A stretch of 64,000 bases of DNA, from positions 47,783 through 111,782 of the forward strand of contig CAVTRJ010000016.1 of assembly GCA_963737035.1 (NCBI GenBank), given 5' to 3'. Each line of letters begins with the position of its first letter. Position 1 is the stretch's first letter. The notes below the pieces were generated by a model that searched no databases, was not told the DNA's origin, and saw only the letters and a program-made list of their open reading frames with translations. Below, one piece after another: positions 35,741 to 44,755 of this stretch. A program made the position numbers and the translations under genes. This stretch comes from an uncultured Acidobacteriaceae bacterium. GTDB taxonomy: Bacteria > Acidobacteriota > Terriglobia > Terriglobales > Acidobacteriaceae.

Positions 35741-36673
35741 ATGAGTGACCTGGGATGCCGTACAGATCTGGGACGCCGTACCTTCATGCAGGGGATGTTG
35801 CTGGGCGTTGCGGGCGTGGCGTTTGGGCAGACGCCGCATGTGCGTTATCCCTCGGATCGCCGGGCGCGGCTTGCTGTTGCGAGTTATCCCTTCCGCGCGT
35901 TCATCGATGCTCCGAATAACAGCGATCGAGATAAATCGAAAGCGGGGATGGATTTACCGGGCTTCGCGAAAATGGTGAGAAGCGAGTTTGAACTCACCGG
36001 CATCGAGCCGCTGTATTCGCATTTTGCATCGACTGAGCCGCGCTATCTGCGCGAACTGCGGAAGGATCTCGACGCTATTGGCGTTCGAACCGTAAATATA
36101 CCGGTGGATGTGGAAGTGGATCTTTGCAGTTCCGATGCTGAAAAACGAAAGAACGGGTTCGAGAGCTATGAGCGATGGATTGAGGCGGCGGTGGTTTTAG
36201 GATCGCCGGGTGTGCGGCTCCATATCCCAAGGTGCGCCGATCCGGCGAATCTCGGCCCTCCTGCGGAGGCATTCCGCAGAGTGGTTCAGTTCGCGGCTGC
36301 GCGCAACATCATCGTCACGCTTGAGAATGACGATCCGGTGCTGGACAGCGCGAGCCGCATCATCGCTTTTATTCAGCGAGTGAACAGCCCTTACCTGCGC
36401 GCGCTGCCTGATTTTGGGAATTCGCTGATGCAGGGCGATGTGGAGTTCAATGCCAAAGCGGTGGCCGGGATGTTTCGATACGCAGCGAACATCGCGCATG
36501 TGAAGGATGCTGAAGTGATCCACGGCAAGCTGGAGCGAGTGGATCTGAAGCAGCTTTTCGGCATTGCCAGGGCGGCAGATTATCGCGGCTACTATTCGAT
36601 GGAGTCTGATTCGGATGCCGATCCTTACAAGGATACGAAGCACCTGATCGAAGCAAGTCTCGCGTTTATGTAA
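35741..36673 (+). CDS. Tat-signal xylose-isomerase-like TIM-barrel protein
   Basis: The signal is GRRTFMQGMLLGVAGVAFGQ. The body has VTLENDD and HVKD-type motifs of the sugar phosphate isomerase/epimerase family. Confidence 0.7.
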   Translation: MSDLGCRTDLGRRTFMQGMLLGVAGVAFGQTPHVRYPSDRRARLAVASYPFRAFIDAPNNSDRDKSKAGMDLPGFAKMVRSEFELTGIEPLYSHFASTEPRYLRELRKDLDAIGVRTVNIPVDVEVDLCSSDAEKRKNGFESYERWIEAAVVLGSPGVRLHIPRCADPANLGPPAEAFRRVVQFAAARNIIVTLENDDPVLDSASRIIAFIQRVNSPYLRALPDFGNSLMQGDVEFNAKAVAGMFRYAANIAHVKDAEVIHGKLERVDLKQLFGIARAADYRGYYSMESDSDADPYKDTKHLIEASLAFM

Positions 36674-36715
36674 AGCTGCGCGGATTGCGGTTCATGGCAA
36701 ATCAATGCGCGTCAG

Positions 36716-37036
36716 TCAGTGGTGAAAGACTTCTTCCATGAGTGCCCACCACTCGCCCTGGGCGCGATTGGGGAGCGGGTCCTGCATGGGCTCCATGATG
36801 GCCCACCACCGCTGCGTAGCGGGATCCGCAGCCATTTTGCGCATATCTGCAGCGTAATCCTGGCCGATGTATTCGAAGTAGCCGAAGAGGCAGCCGTCGC
36901 GGAGAAAGATGGTGTAGTTGCGAATGTTGCATGCCGTGATGGTGTTGAGAACCTCAGGCCAGACGGCCTGATGATGCTGCCGGTAAGCTGCTTCGGCCTC
37001 GGGCCGCAAACGGATGATCATTCCATAGCGCTGCAT
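36716..37036 (-). CDS. rhaM: L-rhamnose mutarotase
   Basis: The 106-aa protein MQRYGMIIRLRPEAEAAYRQHHQAVWPEVLNTITACNIRNYTIFL...GEWWALMEEVFH matches the RhaM/YiiL fold signature. It forms the last third of an artefactual 402-aa ORF. Confidence 0.8.
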   Translation of the reverse strand: MQRYGMIIRLRPEAEAAYRQHHQAVWPEVLNTITACNIRNYTIFLRDGCLFGYFEYIGQDYAADMRKMAADPATQRWWAIMEPMQDPLPNRAQGEWWALMEEVFHH

Positions 37037-37071
37037 GGAGAAATGATGGCATACCGGGCGACCTTTTGACT

Positions 37072-37902
37072 CTAGTGCGGCGTCCAGTGAGGATGTCTGG
37101 CAAAGAGGCCGTCGGTGATGGCGATCTGAAAGGTGATGAAGAGCCCGAAGGCCAGACTGAGCAGGCCGGATGCGACGCCGAGTCCGTAATTGAAGGGCGC
37201 AAAGCGTTTGCGCGTGTACGCGAAGGGCGCGCCGATCATCATGGTGATGAGCATCATGCCGGCGATGGTGCCAACGCCGAAGACCAGGAGATAGGCGATG
37301 GCCCAACGAGGCTCGCGAATTTCTGCAAGCACCAGAAGGGCAACCGCGGCCGAGCCGGCGAGCCCATGCACGAGGCCGATCGCCAGCGGCCGCAGGAATT
37401 GATAGAGGCCCAGCTTTTCGAGCATCCGTTGAAAGATATTTTGCTGCTTTCGACCTGCATTCGTATCGGTTTCGGGAGCGAGATGCATGTGGACTTCCGG
37501 GCTGTGGCCGTGGATGTGTTCGTGAACGACGCCGGCGTGCTGATGAGGATGCGAGTGCACGAGAGCTCCGTGACTGTGGTCTGGCGTATAGCGATGGGTG
37601 ATACGCTGCGTGACTCCGGTCAGATTCAAGATGCCGAGCAGGATCAGCATCAGGCCAACGGCGAGCTCCATGGCGAGGCCGATGCGCGGGGGAATGACGA
37701 TGTTGAAGAGGATGATGGCCGCGCCCACGCAGAAGATGGTGATGGTGTGGCCGACGCCCCACAGGGCGCCGATGATGCCGGCCTGCCGGATGCTGCGCTG
37801 GCGGCTGACGATGGTAGACACGGCGATGACGTGGTCGGGGTCGGTGGCATGGCGCATGCCGAGGACAAATCCGAGACCGATCACTGCCAATAGATTGACC
37901 AT
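37072..37902 (-). CDS. NicO/NiCoT-superfamily nickel/cobalt transporter-like membrane protein with His-rich loop
   Basis: The HX4DH signature sits in [14 protein letters not shown], followed by GVGHTITIF. The central loop [32 protein letters not shown] is His-rich, and the second half contains [11 protein letters not shown]. The ATG at 37902 has GGTGGAG upstream, and the ORF track starts at the GTG at 37917. Confidence 0.7.
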   Translation of the reverse strand: MVNLLAVIGLGFVLGMRHATDPDHVIAVSTIVSRQRSIRQAGIIGALWGVGHTITIFCVGAAIILFNIVIPPRIGLAMELAVGLMLILLGILNLTGVTQRITHRYTPDHSHGALVHSHPHQHAGVVHEHIHGHSPEVHMHLAPETDTNAGRKQQNIFQRMLEKLGLYQFLRPLAIGLVHGLAGSAAVALLVLAEIREPRWAIAYLLVFGVGTIAGMMLITMMIGAPFAYTRKRFAPFNYGLGVASGLLSLAFGLFITFQIAITDGLFARHPHWTPH

Positions 37903-38062
37903 GCCGCTCGACTCCACCAGTCACGCGCTGCGGCAGTCAGACCGGCATGCTCAGCCGGGCATTGTTCAGCAGCCGTTTCCGCAATCCCAATCATACGCAC
38001 GAGCCAGTAAGATTGACGCACATACGGGTAATAGAGATCTGCGAGCAGGAGTGAGCGGCGCA

Positions 38063-39244
38063 ATGTACGGAACAATGCAGGAGCATCTTCAGGGAAGACT
38101 GGCCGAGATTCAGAAGGCCGGCCTTTACAAGCGTGAGCGCGTGATTGCCGGTCCGCAGCAGCCCGAGGTCTCGGTTGCGGACCGCGTTGTGCTGAATCTT
38201 TGCGCGAACAACTATCTCGGGCTGGCGAACCATCCTGCGGTGGTGGAAGCCGCGCAGCAGGCGCTGCGGGAATGGGGATATGGGCTGGCCAGTGTGCGCT
38301 TCATCTGCGGCACGCAAGCGATACATAAGCAGCTTGAAGAGCGTCTGAGCAGCTTTCTCGGCATGGACGACACCATCCTTTACAGCTCCTGCTTCGATGC
38401 CAACGGCGGCCTGTTCGAGACGCTGATGGAGGCGGAAGACGCGATCATCTCCGATGAGCTGAATCACGCCAGCATTATCGATGGCGTCCGGCTCTCGAAG
38501 GCGGCGCGGTTTCGCTATCGCAACGGGGACATGCAGGACCTTGAAGAGAAGCTGAAGGAGGCCGGCGGCGCGCGGCACCGGCTCATCGCGACTGACGGCA
38601 TCTTCTCCATGGATGGCTATCTGGCGCGGCTGGACAAGATATGCGATCTGGCTGAGAAGTACAACGCGCTGGTGATGGTGGATGACTCGCACGCTGTCGG
38701 CTTCATCGGCGAGCATGGGCGGGGAACACCCGAAGCGTGCGGCGTCGAGGGCCGGATCGACATTCTGACGGGGACGCTCGGCAAGGCGCTGGGCGGCGCA
38801 AGCGGCGGTTATACCAGCGGCCGCAAGGAGATCATCGATCTGCTTCGCCAGCGCTCGCGGCCTTATCTGTTCTCGAATTCTGTTGCGCCGGCTATCGTTG
38901 CCGCGTCGCTCAAGGTGCTGGAGCTGGTGGGCCAGTCATCGGAACTCAGGGAGCGGCTGCGGGAGAATACAAGGTATTTCCGTGCGGAGATGACCAAGGC
39001 CGGATTCACCGTGCTGCCGGGTGAGCACCCGATCGTCCCGGTGATGTTCGGCGACGCGGTGGTGGCATCACGTATGGCGGAGCTGCTGCTCGGCAAAGGG
39101 ATCTACGTCGTGGCGTTTTCTTTTCCGGTGGTTCCGCATGGCAAGGCGCGCATCCGCACGCAGGTATCCGCCGCGCACACGCGCGAGGAACTCGAGCTTG
39201 CGATTGAGAAGTTTGCCGAGGCGAAGCGGGAGTTGAATTTGTAA
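38063..39244 (+). CDS. kbl: 2-amino-3-ketobutyrate CoA ligase (glycine C-acetyltransferase)
   Basis: The ATG at 38063 follows AGGAG. Motifs are [29 protein letters not shown], and the PLP lysine in GTLGKALGG. The 548-aa ORF in the track is an upstream over-extension. Confidence 0.85.
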   Translation: MYGTMQEHLQGRLAEIQKAGLYKRERVIAGPQQPEVSVADRVVLNLCANNYLGLANHPAVVEAAQQALREWGYGLASVRFICGTQAIHKQLEERLSSFLGMDDTILYSSCFDANGGLFETLMEAEDAIISDELNHASIIDGVRLSKAARFRYRNGDMQDLEEKLKEAGGARHRLIATDGIFSMDGYLARLDKICDLAEKYNALVMVDDSHAVGFIGEHGRGTPEACGVEGRIDILTGTLGKALGGASGGYTSGRKEIIDLLRQRSRPYLFSNSVAPAIVAASLKVLELVGQSSELRERLRENTRYFRAEMTKAGFTVLPGEHPIVPVMFGDAVVASRMAELLLGKGIYVVAFSFPVVPHGKARIRTQVSAAHTREELELAIEKFAEAKRELNL

Positions 39245-39254
39245 AGGCTGCGGG

Positions 39255-40262
39255 TCAGTTGGCGAGCACGGCGCGATAGCGCACGGTTCCTTTGCGGACC
39301 TTGGCTACCGCTTCGTTGACTTTGGTCATGGGAAAGCGCTCGGTCTGGGTTTTCACGTTGTGCCGCGCGGCTACATCCAGCATTTCCGCCAGCGCCAGGG
39401 GACTCCCGGTATTGCTGCCGCTGACCGCCCTGGCTGCCTGAATCAGCAGAGAGCCAGGAATCTGGAGCGGGCGGGTCGGGGCGCCGACCAGGCAGAGCAC
39501 TCCCTCCGGACGCAGCGCGCCCAGGAAGGCAGCCCAATCCTGGTCCGCATTCACGGTGGAGACGATCAGGTCGAGCGAGCCGGCGAGCGCCTTCATGACT
39601 TTGCTCTCGCGGGAATTCGAGAAGTGGTGCGCGCCCATGGCGCGCGCTTCGTCTTCCTTTGCCGGCGAGGTGGAGAAGGCGGTGACCTCCGCTCCGAAGA
39701 CGCGCGCGAACTGCAAAGCCAGATGACCCAGGCCGCCGATGCCCACGACGCCGACGCGCGAGGCAGGGGATACGCCATAGGTACGCAGGGGCGTGTAGAC
39801 AGTGATGCCGGCACAGAGCAGCGGAGCGGCGTTCTCGCTGTCGAGCGCCTCCGGAATGGGAACAACGAAACGCGCGGGCACACGCACCGTGTCGGCAAAG
39901 CCGCCATTGCGATGAACGCAGGTTGGCTGCGACTGGGGACATAGATTTTCTTTGCCGGAGCGGCACCATTTGCAATTACCGCAACTGCCGGCCTGCCAGC
40001 CCACGCCCACGCGCTGGCCCGGCTGCAGGTTCTGCACTGCGCTGCCCACTGCCTCGACCGTGCCTACGATCTCGTGCCCGGGAACAAAAGGATATTTGCT
40101 GACCTGCCAATCGTTATCGATCAAGTGCAGGTCGCTGCGGCACACGCCGCAGTGGCTGATACGAATCTCCACCTCATCGGCGCCCAATTCGCCAACTTCA
40201 TACCGGTATGCAAGCAATTCGGCCCCGGCAGCATGTGTTGCATAGCCTCGGATCTCTGGCAT
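39255..40262 (-). CDS. Zinc-dependent NAD(P) alcohol dehydrogenase (cinnamyl-alcohol-dehydrogenase / YahK-like MDR)
   Basis: Motifs are CGVCRSDLH, GHEIVG, the structural zinc site CGNCKWCRSGKENLC, and the nucleotide fold GIGGLGHLALQFA. Confidence 0.85.
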   Translation of the reverse strand: MPEIRGYATHAAGAELLAYRYEVGELGADEVEIRISHCGVCRSDLHLIDNDWQVSKYPFVPGHEIVGTVEAVGSAVQNLQPGQRVGVGWQAGSCGNCKWCRSGKENLCPQSQPTCVHRNGGFADTVRVPARFVVPIPEALDSENAAPLLCAGITVYTPLRTYGVSPASRVGVVGIGGLGHLALQFARVFGAEVTAFSTSPAKEDEARAMGAHHFSNSRESKVMKALAGSLDLIVSTVNADQDWAAFLGALRPEGVLCLVGAPTRPLQIPGSLLIQAARAVSGSNTGSPLALAEMLDVAARHNVKTQTERFPMTKVNEAVAKVRKGTVRYRAVLAN

Positions 40263-40309
40263 CGTTCCTCGTCTGCTCCGTCCGTCGGTCTTGGCTTTGG
40301 ACGCGTTAT

Positions 40310-42198
40310 TTATTCCACTTGGATCGTGACCACCTGGTTGCCGGTCACAACTGCGTCCATGGGCACTGATGTTACAGCAACCGCGGACTCGCCATTGAGC
40401 GTGAGCGCACGGTTGACGCGCAGCGGATCGAGCACATTCGCCATCGAGATGGGAACTTCCGCGAGAGTGCGTCCATCGAGGCGCGCCTGCGGCTGGGGAG
40501 TCAGCATGGTGACGTAGACACGGTCGTTCGCGTGAGTCGCATTCAGTGCTGCGACGGTTTCGTTCATATCGAGATGGTTGGGGGATGATTCCAGCATGTG
40601 GTCCACGGTTGCTGCGTCGCTGACGACCAGGCGAATGGGGCCGTCGGGCAATGTATCCGGCAGTTTGACCGGTATGTCGACGGTGCGGGTTGTACCGTGC
40701 CAGGGCCGCAGAGTTGCGCGTAGCGAGACGGTGCCGCCCGCGTGCACGGCCCCGCCCTCGCGTTCGGCGCTCTCGATATCTATGGTCTGCCGGCCAGGTA
40801 TTGCGTCGACGTCCAGCGAGACGCTTCGCAGCGTGCCGCGCCGCGCCGGATTGGTATAGAGCTGCACCAGCGGCTCGCCGATCAGGAGGGTCGCTCCGAG
40901 AGCCGCGGGTATGCCGCTGGTTGGAGCGGCAAAGCGGGTCAGGTCGACGTCAGGCGCACCATCAAGCTGCACGCGCTCGCGCATGCGGTAGGTGGTCTCG
41001 GCGGCGTAGGTGTTGCTCTGCATCAGCGACTGGTAGATCGAGGTGAGCATGAGCAGCGGAGTCAGGTCGGGGCTGTCGATGACCTCGAAGTGCACCGAGC
41101 GGGCGGAGGCACCGGTATGAAAGGTAACTGCGACTGGCACCATATGGGCCTTGGCACCGAACTCGCCACGGATCGCGGTCTGCCGGTCCTGGGTAAAGGC
41201 GCCGACTTCCTCGGTGGTGTTGACGATCTTGAAGGCGTTGAGCGGCGAGGGCAGGGTAGCGACTACTTCCGCCTTGGTCATGGGAACGGAGACGGAGCCG
41301 GTCTGGGTGATGGGATGGCCGCACGCGAGCAACTGGTTTTTGTCGACGTAGGTGGCGGTGCAGGTGGCGGCGATCTCCATGTCTCCGCGCACCAGCAGCG
41401 CGCTGACCGACGAGCCCGGCTCGATGGGCTCGGGCTGCTTCTCGGTGCTCGACCCGCCGCCCAGGCCAACTACGGGAGTCAATCCCTGGGCGGTGAAGCG
41501 GTCTTTGAAGGCATCGACCGCCTGCTGGCTGAAGCCGCTGAAGAGTAGCGGTGTCTCGATAGGACGGATCTCGGCATTGCCGGCGGCCGACCGGGCTGGG
41601 ACGCGCCCTGAGGCATGTCTTTCACCTCCATCATTTGCTGAATGGGGGTGATGCCGGCGATCGGCTCCTTGCTGAACTGGCCGATGCGGAAGGCCAGCGC
41701 GCCGGCGAGCTTGCCATCGATATAGACCGGGCTGCCGCTCATGCCGGCGACCACACCGGTGTAGATGGCGTCCTTGCCGCCAAGCCGCGCGAGGATCATG
41801 TCCTGCTTCGGCCCCAGGGCATTGTGCAGGACGCCCAGAATTTCTACCTCGACGGCGGAGGGCATAACGCCCTCAAAGACGGTATAGGCGACTCCGTGCT
41901 GGCCGCGGTGCACCTGATCCAGGGGAAAGATGCCGGCGGTGGCCGAGTCCGGCGGAGTGGCGGGTGGGGGCGGCGTCCGGAGCTCTGTGGGGATAGGTTC
42001 TTGCCCTGGCTTGGGTGCCTGGGCCGGCGGGGTGGTTTGCGCGTTCAGGAGAAGCGGCGCCAGAACCGTGAGCAGCAGGGCTATTTGCCTGTGGCCGTAT
42101 CCTGGCCACCATGGGCGCTTTATGCGGGCCTTCCCCGGGAAAATCCCGCGGATTCGAGGGCGGTCATAGGAAAATGACTTTACAGGGGCGACAGACAC
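40310..42198 (-). pseudogene. SpoIVB-like peptidase S55 family secreted protease, interrupted by a frameshift near 41585..41600
   Basis: The upstream ORF carries the signal-like IALLLTVLAPLLLNAQ and the S55 catalytic-serine motif VVAGMSGSPVYIDGKLAGALAF...ITPIQQMM. The reading frame then changes, and the continuation AAGNAEIRPIETPLLFSGFSQQAVDAFKDRFTAQGLTPVVGLGGG... runs without a stop into ORF 40310..41482. The 5' start (GTG at 42198) is uncertain. Confidence 0.7.
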
Positions 42199-42306
42199 AT
42201 CGAAACGGTGGGCAGGCACGTCTTTAACAGTAGACGGTTGCACGCGAGCCGCCAACTTTCTGCGTGGACAGCCGTCCTTAAAGGTGTGACACCCGAGGTT
42301 GGTTCC

Positions 42307-43588
42307 TTGCTCGTCGATCGATTCGCTCGTCTTCTCTTTGCTGCGTCTCTGGCGGTAGGCCTGACAGCCGCGCCCATAGCTGCCTTTGCCCAGAGCACTT
42401 CTACTGATAGCCAGACTGCGCCAGCCGATCAGCAGCAGGCGCCTTCGGACAAGAAGCAGGAGCCCCAGCATAACGGGCAGTACCAGATGCCCGGCGAGCC
42501 GCCTCCGGCACAGACTCAGGCCCCGAATCAGGACCAGTCTGCACCCGAAGCCGGAGGCCCGGGTGGCGATAGCGGCGGGAATCGTGCTGCCGAAGAAGAA
42601 TCCGGCCGAGAGCGCGCCTCCGCCCCCACCGCCGCCGCCGGTGGTGAAAAACCCCAAGGGGCTGGAGAACTTCTCGCTGCGGGTGAACGTGCCGGTGGTG
42701 ACCGTGGACGTCGGCGTGCTGCTGCAGAAGACCCACCAGTTTGTGCCCAACCTGAGTAAAGAGAACTTCCGCATCTATGAAGACGGCAAGCCGCAGGAGA
42801 TCGTCTCCTTTGGCCGGACCCAGGCGCCGATCACGGCGGTGCTGCTGTGCGAGTTTGCCGCAAATAATTACTGGTTCATTTATGACATGCGCAATGCCGC
42901 GTATGCGTTTGCGCAGCAGTTGCATCCGGACGACTATGTGGCGGTCGCTACGTTCGACATGCACACGCACATCCTGACCGACTTTACCGAGGACAAGCGG
43001 CTGGTCTACGAATCATTGAACTCGCTGCAGATACCAGGGTTCAACGAAACCAACACCTTCGACGCGCTTTACGAGACGCTGGACCGGCTGAGCCGGGTGG
43101 AGGGGCGCAAGTACATCATCTTTGTCGGATCCGGGATCGATACGTTTTCCAAGATCAACCTGGACAAGATCATGCAGAAGATCAAGGCCACGCCGAACGT
43201 GACGATTTATGCGATCAGTACCGGGCAGACCGCGCGGCTGACCGGCAATGCACGCGGCGGCATGTTTGGCGCGCATGAGATCGACTATCTGCAGGCGGAC
43301 AATGAGCTGCGGACCTTTTCCGGCATGACCGGCGGAAAGGCGTACTTTCCGCGCTTCGAAGGTGAGATGCCGGAGATCTTCCGGGATATCAACTCGGCGA
43401 TCCGCAACCAGTACGTGGTCAGCTACCGTCCCACCAACGCGAAAGAGGACGGGACATACCGCAAGATCCGCGTAGAACTGGTGGACAACGAGGGCAAGCC
43501 GCTGCAGATGCAGGATGAAAAACATCACGCCCTGAAGTACGACGTGATCGCGCGCGATGGATACAAGGCCCGGCAGGAAGTCGAATAA
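42307..43588 (+). pseudogene. Secreted von Willebrand factor A (VWFA-related acidobacterial type) protein, interrupted by a frameshift near 42570..42585
   Basis: The TTG at 42307 (GAGG 9 nt upstream) gives the signal LVDRFARLLFAASLAVGLTAAPIAAFAQS, followed by a Q/P-rich linker in the frame of ORF 42208..42759. The VWA body (FSLRVNVPVVTVDV...YIIFVGSGIDTFS...) lies in the frame of ORF 42386..43588. The two frames switch around GGCGGGAATCGTG. Confidence 0.7.
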
Positions 43589-43654
43589 GAGGATCGAATT
43601 GAGCCGGCCAGGAATGCCTGGCAGAAGGTCGAATAAGAGCAGGCCAGAAGAGAG

Positions 43655-43683
43655 AAAAGCCGGGATAGCCTCCCGGCTTTTTC
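43655..43683. terminator. Rho-independent bidirectional terminator AAAAGCCGGGA-TAGCC-TCCCGGCTTTTT
   Basis: The GC-rich stem is flanked by an A-run and a T-run, between the convergent VWA gene and the zinc-ribbon gene. Confidence 0.75.
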
Positions 43684-43704
43684 ATTAGCCGAAGCGCCGG
43701 TCGA

Positions 43705-44211
43705 TTAAGCGCCAGCCTGCTTCCGGGCGAAATCGCCGATGAAGGGCAACTTGAACCACTTGCCCTGCGCCGCGTTGACGATGCAGAGCAGCCAGAGGAT
43801 GACCAGCCCGAGCCAGCAGATGGGCCAGAGCAGGAGTACCAGCAGGTGCATGTGGATCATGGCCAGCATGATTCCCAGCACCATGAGCACGACCCAGACG
43901 GCGAGCCATAGAACGTGCAGTCCGATGCATTGCATGGCGTGGTAGCGCACAAACGGCTTGCGATTGTACGGCTCCATGACCAGGAAGATGATTGCCGGGA
44001 TGATGGTGACGTATGCGATGGCCGCCGCGGAATTGTCGGAGAGCCCGCTTTGCGCGGGGACGGAGACCGCAGCGGCAGGTCCGGTAGCTGGTTGCGGCAC
44101 CTGGGTGTAGCCGCCGGCCGGCGGTGGTGGCGCCGCGGTTAAGGAGGTGCCACAATGCTGGCAGAACGTGGCACCGGCTGGGTTTTCTGTGGAGCAGGCT
44201 GGACACTGCAT
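43705..44211 (-). CDS. Zinc-ribbon plus DUF4870-like membrane protein
   Basis: The ATG at 44211 is preceded by GAGGAGG. MQCPACSTENPAGATFCQHCG forms the zinc ribbon, followed by a Pro-rich linker and three or four TM helices (YVTIIPAIIFLV...). Confidence 0.7.
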   Translation of the reverse strand: MQCPACSTENPAGATFCQHCGTSLTAAPPPPAGGYTQVPQPATGPAAAVSVPAQSGLSDNSAAAIAYVTIIPAIIFLVMEPYNRKPFVRYHAMQCIGLHVLWLAVWVVLMVLGIMLAMIHMHLLVLLLWPICWLGLVILWLLCIVNAAQGKWFKLPFIGDFARKQAGA

Positions 44212-44408
44212 GGCAATTCCTCCTCGGATGTCTACTGCGGTCGCGCAGTCCCGACGCCGGGGGCCCATTCGGTCCGCACCGGTCAATACCAGACTGGGGG
44301 ACGGCACCACGATACAACGGGTTCGCTGTCGCGGAACACGAAAATTAACGCGGCGCGATGTAACAGGCCAGCCATTCGGACATCTGATGAGTGGAAAGGA
44401 GTTACTTC

Positions 44409-44705
44409 ATGGTAAAGCTTGCAATCTGGGCTACAGTCCAGGCGAAACCCGGAAAAGAGTCCCAGGTGGAGGCATTTCTCAAGTCGGCGCAGCCTCTGGC
44501 GGAGGCGGAGCCGGGGACTATTAGTTGGTACGCAATCAAGATGGGCGGAGGCAGATTCGGCATCTTCGACACCTTCAACGACGAGGCGGGACGGGACGCT
44601 CATCTGAACGGAGAGATTGCCAAGGCGCTGATGGCCAATGCGAAGGAGCTTTTGGCGGGTGATCCGCAGATCAACAAGATCGAGATCCTGGCTGCGAAAG
44701 AATAG
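44409..44705 (+). CDS. Antibiotic-biosynthesis-monooxygenase (ABM/YgiN-like) domain protein
   Basis: The ATG at 44409 follows AAGGAG. The 98-aa ferredoxin-like fold pattern is VKLAIWATVQAKPGKESQVEAFL...WYAIKMG...FGIFDTFNDEAGRDAHL. Confidence 0.7.
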   Translation: MVKLAIWATVQAKPGKESQVEAFLKSAQPLAEAEPGTISWYAIKMGGGRFGIFDTFNDEAGRDAHLNGEIAKALMANAKELLAGDPQINKIEILAAKE

Positions 44706-44720
44706 CTGGTTGAACAGGCG

Positions 44721-44755
44721 GGCGCCGGTGGATTACGGCGCCGCGCGTCTGTTTT
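44721..44755 (+). terminator. Weak hairpin GGCGCCG-N8-CGGCGCC followed by a T-run
   Basis: The stem is 7 bp and sits between the convergent ABM gene and uvrB. The T-tract overlaps the uvrB stop. Confidence 0.35.

Noticed and set aside
36716-37924. A 402-aa minus-strand ORF spanning the rhaM and nickel-transporter region.
   Set aside because: Only its last 106 codons (36716-37036) encode a recognisable protein (RhaM). The remainder is an R/H/P-rich out-of-frame read-through of the NiCoT-like gene, whose own frame (37072-37917) has the real membrane-protein signature.
37598-38062. A 155-codon N-terminal extension of the kbl ORF (the 548-aa ORF in the track).
   Set aside because: The extension is antisense to the transporter gene and has junk composition. 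Kbl homology starts at MYGTMQEHL (38063), which has an AGGAG upstream.
37918-38062. A cobalamin or NiCo riboswitch in the leader of the Ni/Co transporter gene.
   Set aside because: I found only vague resemblance (GGAAACGG...GCCGGTCTGACTGCC). There is no clear B12 box and no conserved core that I can align by eye. An Rfam cmscan would be needed to revive the idea.
39255-40262. The Zn-dependent dehydrogenase next to kbl as threonine 3-dehydrogenase (a tdh-kbl pathway).
   Set aside because: The gene is convergent with kbl, not co-transcribed. Its sequence pattern (CGVCRSDLH, GIGGLGHLALQFA, C-terminal region) resembles CAD/YahK-type alcohol dehydrogenases rather than Tdh.
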